Positions 5,193 through 12,243 of a stretch of 17,097 bases of DNA are shown piece after piece. Source of the DNA: a virus. The notes beneath the pieces are model-generated. The model did no database searches. It saw nothing but the letters and a program-made list of their open reading frames with translations, and was not told where the DNA came from. The DNA lies in IMG/VR virus record IMGVR_UViG_3300035703_000547, positions 1 to 17,097 of that record; one strand, 5' to 3'. The translations under genes and the position numbers were made by a program. Within the stretch, counting starts at the first letter, position 1; every line of letters starts with the position of its first letter.

Positions 5193-5512
5193 ATAAGCTG
5201 AACTCAAGGCGCTATAGAGAACAGCGTGAACGAGTGTTCAAGCGTGATGGTCGTGTATGCCAGATCTGTGGTACAGATGAGGGCGAGATGCACATCGATC
5301 ATGTGATACCTCGTAAGGTAGGTGGAGATCACTCATTAGATAATCTCAGAGTGTTATGTAAGTCATGCAACCTGCGCAAGGGTGCGCTCAATGATGGGGT
5401 TTTTTTAGCACGAGCGGCTACCCCCCCTGTCTTTTCAAGCAATATCTCCCCGATGCAGTCCGAGACGATGCTGGACAGTCCTTTTAAGACCCGACCTAAT
5501 CCGAGTCAATGA
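5150..5512 (+). CDS. HNH endonuclease (packaging-associated type)
   Basis: CQICGTDEGEMHIDHVIPRKVGGDHSLDNLRVLCKSCNLRKG contains CxxC, H-x-D-H, N and CxxCN. It lies immediately upstream of the terminase gene. The start is uncertain: ATG 5150 overlaps the upstream gene by 43 nt, and in-frame TTG/CTG codons follow. Confidence 0.9.
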   Translation: MQCLRSLEGTQLALDKLNSRRYREQRERVFKRDGRVCQICGTDEGEMHIDHVIPRKVGGDHSLDNLRVLCKSCNLRKGALNDGVFLARAATPPVFSSNISPMQSETMLDSPFKTRPNPSQ

Positions 5513-6933
5513 CAACTAAGCCTAAAAAGAGCAAAGCCCTACGAGGGGCAACTAAGCCAAGGCTTCACAGTCCACTTCTCAAGGGCGAAAACAAGCTGCA
5601 AGATGTAAAAGATCTATGCAAGATTGTGAACATGGATCTAATGCCATGGCAGGAGTTCGTTCTTAAGGACATGCTCACTGTGGACAAGAAGGGCATGTGG
5701 ATCCGTAAGACAAACCTGATCCTTGTAGCCAGACAGAATGGCAAGACCCACCTAGCCCGCATGCTCATCCTTGCGCACCTGATCAAGTGGAATACCAATG
5801 TGCTAATCATGAGCTCTAATCGCTCTATGGCACTAGACACCTTCAGACAAGTAACTCACCTATTGGAGACCAATGACCACCTCAAAGGATTCGTTAAGCA
5901 GATCAGACACGCCAACGGCACTGAAAGCATTGAGATGCTCTCTGGAGCAAGGCTTGATGTTGTTGCAGCAACTAGAGACGGAAGTCGAGGTCGCTCAGTC
6001 AACGGACTTCTCTACATCGATGAAGTCCGAGAGATCACAGAAGATGGATTCAGAGCTGCAACTCCTACAACTAGAGCTCACCCAAACAGTCAGACACTTC
6101 TTACCTCGAATGCGGGAGATGCTTTCAGCACTGTACTCAATGACCTACGGGAACGAGCCATCGACTACCCACCAAAGTCATTCGGATTCTACGAATACTC
6201 AGCACCTCAATACTGCAAGATAGACGATCGCAATGCATGGGCTATGGCTAACCCCTCAATGGGGTACACAATTACCGAGGATGCGATTGAAGAGGCTATT
6301 GCTACTTCGCCGATTGAAAACACTCGTACTGAGACTCTTTGCCAATGGATCGACTCCCTAAGTAGCCCATGGCCTCATGGCATTCTAGAGGAGACCAGCG
6401 ATAGCACTCTGGAGATGGCTGTAGGTGCTTATACAGTATTCGGCTTTGATGTTAGCCCTTCAAGGCGCAATGGGTCTCTTATTGCCGGTCAATTGCTCCC
6501 AGATGGTCGGATCGGTATCGGTATCTTAGAGACTTACAGCTCGCAGGTAGCCATCGATGAGTTAAAGATGGCGGCAAGTATAAAGGCATGGTGTGACATA
6601 TATAAGCCTCGCATTGTCTGCTTTGACAAGTACGCCACCCAGACTATTGCAGATCGGTTAATGAATAGTGGTGTTGTCTGCGAAGATGTCAGTGGGCAGC
6701 AGTTCTACAAAGCTTGTGGAGATCTCTTAGAAGGCTTGGTCAATCATCGAGTAGTTCACAATGGACAGGCAGAGTTCATTCAGCAGATGAACAACTGTGC
6801 AGCTAAGGTGAACGATTCTGCTTGGCGCATCATTAAGCGTAAGTCAGCAGGTGACATCTCTGCTCCAATTGGCATTGCCATGGCGGTAAGCAAGTTAATG
6901 ATCCCTCAGCCTAAGCCACAGATTTACACTTAG
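5509..6933 (+). CDS. terL: Terminase large subunit
   Basis: Walker A-like VARQNGKTHL, Walker B plus catalytic Glu LLYIDEVRE, and a C-terminal RNase-H-like nuclease region (FGFDVSPS). The product is 474 aa. An ATGA overlap links it to the HNH gene, and the portal gene follows. Confidence 0.93.
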   Translation: MTTKPKKSKALRGATKPRLHSPLLKGENKLQDVKDLCKIVNMDLMPWQEFVLKDMLTVDKKGMWIRKTNLILVARQNGKTHLARMLILAHLIKWNTNVLIMSSNRSMALDTFRQVTHLLETNDHLKGFVKQIRHANGTESIEMLSGARLDVVAATRDGSRGRSVNGLLYIDEVREITEDGFRAATPTTRAHPNSQTLLTSNAGDAFSTVLNDLRERAIDYPPKSFGFYEYSAPQYCKIDDRNAWAMANPSMGYTITEDAIEEAIATSPIENTRTETLCQWIDSLSSPWPHGILEETSDSTLEMAVGAYTVFGFDVSPSRRNGSLIAGQLLPDGRIGIGILETYSSQVAIDELKMAASIKAWCDIYKPRIVCFDKYATQTIADRLMNSGVVCEDVSGQQFYKACGDLLEGLVNHRVVHNGQAEFIQQMNNCAAKVNDSAWRIIKRKSAGDISAPIGIAMAVSKLMIPQPKPQIYT

Positions 6934-6967
6934 ACACGCCCTAGCATGTTGTCTAATTACTTGACAA

Positions 6968-8107
6968 ATGCTACACTTTATGACTATGGGTCTATTCCGC
7001 AAAGCTGAAGCAACATCCAATGAGAATGAGCGTTCATCGCTTAAAGCGCAATACGCCCCTCAAATTTTAGGCGATCAATTCCTGCCTTACAATAATTACT
7101 ACACAGTATCTTCAATGGCTCGTCAAGATGCCATGACTGTGCCATCGATTAAGCGATGCCGTGATCTTATCGCGGGAACAATCGCGACAATTCCGTTGGA
7201 GTATTACAAGAAATCAACTGGTGAGCATATTGCTGCACCGCGATGGGTTGAACAGCCTTCACTTAATCAGCCACGCTTTGTAACAATCCTATGGACTGTT
7301 GACAGCTTGCTTATGTACGGCACAGCTTACTGGCAGATCAAAGAGACATATCAAGAAGATGGAAGAATGGCTCGCGCTGAGTGGATTGCTAACACTCGCG
7401 TAACATTCGACACAGATTTCCCTTCTACTATTGTTACTCAATACTATGTCGATGGAATACCTGTACCAATGTCAGGCATTGGATCACTTATTACATTTCA
7501 AAAGGATGAAGGTATCCTTAACACTTCTGCTCGCACTATTCAAAGCGCGATCGATATTCACAGAGCAGCAGCGATTGCCGCGCAAACTCCAATGCCTAGC
7601 GGATACATCCGCAACAACGGAGCAGATCTAGATCCTAAAGAAGTACAAGGATTATTAGCTGCATGGAAAAACGCTCGCCTTAATCGTGCTACAGCTTACT
7701 TGACTTCTACTCTTGAATATAATGCAACATCATTTTCACCTAAAGACATGATGTACAATGAGGCTATCCAAAATAGCGCAACAGAAATTGCTCGCGCGTG
7801 TGGAGTCCCACCTTATTATCTTTCAGCTGATCAAAATACAACGATGACTTATGCCAATGTGCAAGATGAACGCCGTCAGTTTATCTGGATGATCCAGCCT
7901 TACATTTCAGCAATAGAAGCTCGTCTTTCAATGGATGACATTTCTACTGCTGGTCATTATGTCAAATTCGCAGTAGATGACACATTCTTACGCACTAACC
8001 CTATGGATCGCTTGCTAGTAATCGAGAAGATGCTTGCACTTGGTCTAATCACTACAGAGCAAGCCATGGAAATGGAAGATCTATCTCCTAACGGAATGGA
8101 AGAATAA
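6968..8107 (+). CDS. Portal protein (HK97-family)
   Basis: Portal-typical blocks are present: SIKRCRDLIAGTIATIPLEYY, LLMYGTAYWQI and EIARACGVPPYYL...YANVQDERRQFIWMIQPYISAIEARL. The position after terL also fits. Alternative in-frame starts are 6980 and 6986 (MGLFRK...). Confidence 0.88.
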   Translation: MLHFMTMGLFRKAEATSNENERSSLKAQYAPQILGDQFLPYNNYYTVSSMARQDAMTVPSIKRCRDLIAGTIATIPLEYYKKSTGEHIAAPRWVEQPSLNQPRFVTILWTVDSLLMYGTAYWQIKETYQEDGRMARAEWIANTRVTFDTDFPSTIVTQYYVDGIPVPMSGIGSLITFQKDEGILNTSARTIQSAIDIHRAAAIAAQTPMPSGYIRNNGADLDPKEVQGLLAAWKNARLNRATAYLTSTLEYNATSFSPKDMMYNEAIQNSATEIARACGVPPYYLSADQNTTMTYANVQDERRQFIWMIQPYISAIEARLSMDDISTAGHYVKFAVDDTFLRTNPMDRLLVIEKMLALGLITTEQAMEMEDLSPNGMEE

Positions 8108-9654
8108 TGACAACCCTATACATCGAAGCAGCATCAATCGAGTGCAGCGAAGATCGCCGTGAGATCTCAGGAAAGATTGTCCCAATGGGAACAGGCGAGA
8201 TTGGCAATACTAATCTCGGAGCTTATGTCTTTGAGGCTGGATCAATTGAAATCGCTGACCCATCTAAGATCAAATTGTTATCACAGCATGACATGAAAAA
8301 GCCAATCGGTCGCATGACTGCTTCAGAAGTTCGCGAAGATGGACTTTATGCAACATTCAAATTAAGCCGTAGCACAGGTGGTAATGATGCACTTGTTATG
8401 GCGCAGGAAGGTCTTGTCACAGGTCTTAGCATTGGTGCAGAAGTAATTGCATCAAAGCCATCACGCAATGGTCACACAGTCGTTACAGCGGCTTCTCTAA
8501 AAGAGGTCAGCCTTGTCACAGAAGCGGCATTTAAGTCAGCCGCAATTACAGAAATTCGCGCAGAAGAAAAATCTGTTGTCGAAGAAAACCCAACTACAGA
8601 AAGCGAGACAGCCGTGGAAGAAACCACTCCAGCAGTCGAAGCAACACCTTCAGTAGAGGCAGCGGCTGTCGAGGCTGCTCGCCCAACTGTTACAGCAATG
8701 TACTACACAACACCACGCATTAACACAGCTCCAGAAGTATTTTTGGAGAATGCAGTACGGGCACAGTTCGGTGATGAGAATGCTCGTCAATACCTACGCG
8801 CTGCTTCAGATACAGACACAACAGATGTTGCAGGTCTTGTACCAACACGCCAGCTAACAGAGATCATCAACAATAAGTCAACTTCAGGTCGACCATCAAT
8901 TGATGCAATTTCAGCAGGCACACTTCCAGATGCAGGATTCAAGTTCCAGATCCCACGCGTTAAGGCTGTTCCAACTGTTGCAGAGACAGCAGAGAAGGCA
9001 GCATTCTCAGATACTCAGGTCGAGATTGAGTACCTAGATGTTGATGTCAAGAAGTACGCAGGAATGCAACTATTCGATGTTGAAGTCCTTGACCGCACAT
9101 CACCTGCATTCTTTGCAGAGCTACAATCACTCATGGCAGATGCTTATGCTAAGGCAACAAATGTTGCAGTACGCACAGCAATCCAGACAGGTGCTTCAGC
9201 AGATGGCACAGCAATCACACTTCCATGGGATGGTGCTGAAATGGCTGGCTTTATTGCTCGCGCTTCAGACTCAATCTACACAAACACACTTCGCTTTGCA
9301 CAAAGCGTAATTGTTTCTCCAACACAATGGAGCAACATCATGGGCATGGTAGACGGTCAGAATCGTCCTCTATTCATCGCTTCACAGCCACAAAACGCAG
9401 CAGGTTCAGTATCACAGAGCCTACGCGGATCTCTACTAGGTCTTGATCTATATGTTGACTACTCACTCACAGGTGTAGCTGACGGATCAATCATCGTAGT
9501 AAATCGCGATTCATACACATGGTACGAGTCACCACGCCTACAGCTACGCGCTGACAAGGTCGGTACTGGTCAGGTAGAAGTCGGATACTACGGCTATGGC
9601 GCAATCGCCACCAAGGCAGCAGCAGGCGCGTTCAAGTTCAACAACGCAGCTTAA
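8107..9654 (+). CDS. Fused prohead (HK97 S78-type) protease - major capsid protein (HK97 fold)
   Basis: N-terminal residues 1-160 or so carry protease blocks: LSQHDMKKPIGR, EDGLYATFKL, EGLVTGLSIGA and LKEVSLVTEAAF. A Glu/Thr/Pro/Ala linker follows (EENPTTESETAVEETTPAVEATPSVEAAAVEAA). The C-terminal 320 aa or so carry capsid blocks: GLVPTRQLTEII..., KKYAGMQLFDVEVLDRTSPAFFAEL and GTGQVEVGYYGYGA. It is a single uninterrupted 515-codon ORF. Confidence 0.85.
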   Translation: MTTLYIEAASIECSEDRREISGKIVPMGTGEIGNTNLGAYVFEAGSIEIADPSKIKLLSQHDMKKPIGRMTASEVREDGLYATFKLSRSTGGNDALVMAQEGLVTGLSIGAEVIASKPSRNGHTVVTAASLKEVSLVTEAAFKSAAITEIRAEEKSVVEENPTTESETAVEETTPAVEATPSVEAAAVEAARPTVTAMYYTTPRINTAPEVFLENAVRAQFGDENARQYLRAASDTDTTDVAGLVPTRQLTEIINNKSTSGRPSIDAISAGTLPDAGFKFQIPRVKAVPTVAETAEKAAFSDTQVEIEYLDVDVKKYAGMQLFDVEVLDRTSPAFFAELQSLMADAYAKATNVAVRTAIQTGASADGTAITLPWDGAEMAGFIARASDSIYTNTLRFAQSVIVSPTQWSNIMGMVDGQNRPLFIASQPQNAAGSVSQSLRGSLLGLDLYVDYSLTGVADGSIIVVNRDSYTWYESPRLQLRADKVGTGQVEVGYYGYGAIATKAAAGAFKFNNAA

Positions 9655-9672
9655 TCTAGCCAACTAAGTACG

Positions 9673-9710
9673 CTCTGAGGGGTAGTAGCCCTCTACCCCT
9701 CAGAGTCTTT
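9673..9710 (+). terminator. Strong hairpin, probable intrinsic terminator/attenuator after the capsid gene
   Basis: CTCTGAGGGGTAG (9673-9685) pairs perfectly with CTACCCCTCAGAG (9693-9705). That gives a 13-bp stem and a 7-nt loop, followed by TCTTT. It lies 19 nt after the capsid stop. Confidence 0.7.
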
Positions 9711-9724
9711 AGAAAGGAAAAGGA

Positions 9725-10294
9725 ATGGCACTAACTACAGTAGCAGAGCTTCGATCAACACTCGGAGTCGGTACGCTGTACCCAGATGCCACCTTGCAGG
9801 AAGTGTGCGACGCTACAGATGCAGTCCTACTTCCAATGTTATGGGCTAACACAGAATTTGCTATTGGTCACTCTAATGTTGGCACAGTAGGCACAATGTA
9901 CTTCGACAAGAATGTAGAGATGATTTACTATGTGGGTCAGACTGTAGTTATCACAAATGCAGGCTCTCACTTCAATGGCAGCAAGACAATCACAGGTGTT
10001 CATGGTCGCACTTTTACAGTTACTACAAACCATGTAACCGATACGCCTTACCACCCATTTAATCCTTTTGCTAATGTCGCAGCATCAACCTATGTTGATT
10101 GGGCAGAAGATAAAGCAGTCCAGCAAGCAGCTTTGATGATATCTGTTGAAATCTGGCAAGCGCGTACAGCCACCCTTTCGGGCAGTAACGCTGTCGATTT
10201 CCAGCCAAGCCCTTACCGAATGAGCGCACAGCTTCTCGCTAAGGTGCGAGGATTGATTGCACATGCGCTGAGCCCTAACTCGATGGTGGGATAA
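9725..10294 (+). CDS. Head-tail adaptor/connector (gp6 / SPP1 gp15-like) protein
   Basis: The N-terminus MALTTVAELRSTLGVG...DATLQEVCDATDAVLLPML is typical of gp6-like connectors. It is the first gene after the capsid gene. AAAGGA lies upstream of the ATG. Confidence 0.6.
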   Translation: MALTTVAELRSTLGVGTLYPDATLQEVCDATDAVLLPMLWANTEFAIGHSNVGTVGTMYFDKNVEMIYYVGQTVVITNAGSHFNGSKTITGVHGRTFTVTTNHVTDTPYHPFNPFANVAASTYVDWAEDKAVQQAALMISVEIWQARTATLSGSNAVDFQPSPYRMSAQLLAKVRGLIAHALSPNSMVG

Positions 10295-10689
10295 TGCCAC
10301 CTGTAGCCATAACGACACTCAGAACCACTTTAGCGACTGCTCTAGTCGATAACGCCAAGTGGCAGACCTTTGCATTTCCACCTGCAACAGTCCTTGCTAA
10401 CTCTGTGATCGTGTCTCCAGATGATCCTTATCTGACACCTAATAACAACAGCCAGATTTCTATTAGCCCGATGGCTAACTTCAAGATCATCATGACAGTT
10501 CCACTCTTTGACAATGAGGGAAACCTTAACGGCATTGAAGACTTCATTGTTGGCGTGTTCACTAAGTTAAATGCCAGCGGCTTGACCTATAATGTAAGCG
10601 CAATAAGCGCACCTAGTATTCTCAATGTGGCTTCAGGTGAACTGTTGTCCTCTGAGATGTCGATATCAATCCTAACGAGTTGGAGCTAA
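10294..10689 (+). CDS. Neck protein (head closure / tail terminator-like)
   Basis: The call rests on synteny between the adaptor and the major tail protein, a TAATG coupling, and a 131-aa beta-rich product. I see no diagnostic motif. Confidence 0.45.
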   Translation: MPPVAITTLRTTLATALVDNAKWQTFAFPPATVLANSVIVSPDDPYLTPNNNSQISISPMANFKIIMTVPLFDNEGNLNGIEDFIVGVFTKLNASGLTYNVSAISAPSILNVASGELLSSEMSISILTSWS

Positions 10690-10691
10690 GC

Positions 10692-10790
10692 ATGACCGAG
10701 TGGGAAAAAGAGCAGGAAGCTTTCTTGATCAAGATCGGTCAAGTTAAGCCAGCAACGCCTAAGCCAGTAACTAAGAAAGACGAGGAATAA
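10692..10790 (+). CDS. Possible micro-ORF (32 aa, charged)
   Basis: The translation is MTEWEKEQEAFLIKIGQVKPATPKPVTKKDEE. It exactly fills the gap between 10689 and 10794. There is no other support. Confidence 0.3.
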   Translation: MTEWEKEQEAFLIKIGQVKPATPKPVTKKDEE

Positions 10791-10793
10791 CCA

Positions 10794-11201
10794 ATGGCTG
10801 TATTTCTAAACAATGGCGTGGTTTTGACAGTCAATGCAGTGGACTTGTCTGACCATGTGACAGCAGTAACAATTAACCGCACATTCGATGAACTAGAAGT
10901 GACAGCAATGGGTGACTCAGGTCACAAGTATGTCAAGGGTCTAGAAGCATCATCAATCACAATCGATTTCCTAAATGACACAGCAACAAGCGAAGTCCTA
11001 CAGACTTTGCAGGCTGCATGGGGAACTTCTGTAACAGTAACAGTCAAGCAGAACTCAGGCGCGACAGCTGCTACAAATCCTCTTTACACAATGACATGCC
11101 TAGTCAACAACACAACCGACATCAATGGTTCAGTTGCAGACCTAAGCACACAGTCAGTCACATGGAATGTGAACGGCACAATTACAATCGCAACAGCGTA
11201 A
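10794..11201 (+). CDS. Major tail (tube) protein
   Basis: The product is 135 aa and beta-rich. The pattern VVLTVNAVDLSDHVTAVTINRTFDELEVTAMGDSGHKYVKGLEASSITIDF...NPLYT is typical of small siphovirus tube proteins. It sits directly upstream of the chaperone/frameshift pair. Confidence 0.65.
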   Translation: MAVFLNNGVVLTVNAVDLSDHVTAVTINRTFDELEVTAMGDSGHKYVKGLEASSITIDFLNDTATSEVLQTLQAAWGTSVTVTVKQNSGATAATNPLYTMTCLVNNTTDINGSVADLSTQSVTWNVNGTITIATA

Positions 11202-11223
11202 TCAACTAACAAAGGGGCAAACC

Positions 11224-11481
11224 ATGGCAAGACTAAAGATAGTTCGACAAGATGGAAGCGTACTAGAAGGAGAAATCACACCTGCTGTTGAATACTCCTT
11301 CGAACAGTACGCTAAAAAGGGCTTCCACAAGGCGTTCCGCGATGAAGAAAAGCAGAGCGATGTCTATTGGTTAGCATGGGAAGTAACACGCAGGTCAGGT
11401 GAGCCTGTCAAGCCTTACGGGATGGAGTTTATTGAGACACTTAAAAGTGTTTCGGTTGAAGACTCCGACCCTTTAGCTTAA
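11224..11481 (+). CDS. Tail assembly chaperone (gpG-like)
   Basis: An 85-aa acidic protein after the tube gene. It ends with a canonical slippery heptamer 6 nt before its stop. Confidence 0.65.
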   Translation: MARLKIVRQDGSVLEGEITPAVEYSFEQYAKKGFHKAFRDEEKQSDVYWLAWEVTRRSGEPVKPYGMEFIETLKSVSVEDSDPLA

Positions 11482-11660
11482 AGCGCGATCTTCCATTCAC
11501 CTACCTAATTGCTAGGCTAAGCATTAGGTTAGGGATCGCGCCACAGCAGTTATTAGAATTAGATCGAGACATGCTTAATGCATTGTTTCAAGGTCTCACA
11601 GATGAAGCGAAGGAGCAACGAGATGCCAACAGAAGTCGTGGGCGCGGTCGCACTTCGTAA
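11224..11660 (+). CDS. Tail assembly chaperone -1 frameshift product (gpGT-like); join(11224..11475,11475..11660)
   Basis: After a -1 slip on C_CCT_TTA (11469-11475), the -1 frame stays open for 62 more codons. These read ...PFSLKRDLPFTYLIARLSIRLGIAPQQLLELDRDMLNALFQGLTDEAKEQRDANRSRGRGRTS, ending at TAA 11658-11660. I verified this codon by codon. Confidence 0.55.
11469..11541 (+). promoter_or_regulatory. Programmed -1 ribosomal frameshift signal: slippery heptamer plus downstream bulged hairpin
   Basis: The X_XXY_YYZ heptamer C_CCU_UUA lies in the zero frame at 11469-11475, followed by a 7-nt spacer. The outer stem is GCGCGATC (11483-11490) pairing with GATCGCGC (11534-11541). The inner stem is CCTACCTAAT (11500-11509) pairing with ATTAGGtTAGG (11523-11533), 10 bp with one bulge. 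Confidence 0.55.
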
Positions 11661-12243
11661 AGCATTAAAGCAATATGCTCCAGACCTAGCAAAAGAGTTA
11701 ACAAAAGATTTAGGGGCAGTCTTAAAGCCTATTGTTAATGAAGCTCGGTCTTATGTCCCTATTGCTTCACCAATGTCAGGATGGGCTAAACGAGAAACTT
11801 CTCGGGGTGGACGATTTCCTAAATATGATGTTAAGGAAATTAGATCGGGCATTATCTACAAGACCACACCATCTAAGCCTAACCGAGCGGGTTTCGTTAA
11901 TACTGTACGCATCCAAAATAAATCTATGCAGGGTGCAATCTATGAAACTGCCGGTCGCAAGAATGGGCAAGGTCAGGATTGGGTCGGACCTCGCGCAGGT
12001 GGTGCATCTAAAGGTGTTTCCCGCTCAAACAATCCTTATGCTGGCAACCAGTTCATTTCTAACTTAGGTCAGCTCTATGGTCCTAACAAGAGAGGCGATC
12101 ATCGCATGATGGGTCGCTTGATCTTTAGAGCATGGGCAAACACTCAAGGTAAAGCCAATGCTTCTGTGTTCAAGGCTATTGAAAACACAACTACTAAGTT
12201 CAATCGCCGCACAGCGATGGTCGATGTTAGGAGAGCAGCATGA
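11623..12243 (+). CDS. HK97 gp10-like tail-completion/neck family protein (206 aa) in an atypical position
   Basis: AGGAG at 11611-15 lies 7 nt upstream of ATG 11623, preferred to track start 11578. The N-terminus VVGAVALRKALKQYAPDLAKELTKDLGAVLKPIVNEARSYVP and the internal GAIYETAGR resemble the gp10-family pattern (...L-x-K-L ... A-x-x-x-x-P ... vEfGT). Confidence 0.45.
   Translation: MPTEVVGAVALRKALKQYAPDLAKELTKDLGAVLKPIVNEARSYVPIASPMSGWAKRETSRGGRFPKYDVKEIRSGIIYKTTPSKPNRAGFVNTVRIQNKSMQGAIYETAGRKNGQGQDWVGPRAGGASKGVSRSNNPYAGNQFISNLGQLYGPNKRGDHRMMGRLIFRAWANTQGKANASVFKAIENTTTKFNRRTAMVDVRRAA

Noticed and set aside
6961-6989. TTGACA hexamer just upstream of, and overlapping, the portal start as a sigma70-type promoter
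   Set aside because: No acceptable -10 hexamer lies at 16-18 nt spacing: TATGAC is at 12 nt and CTATGG is poor. The hexamer sits at or within the likely portal start region.
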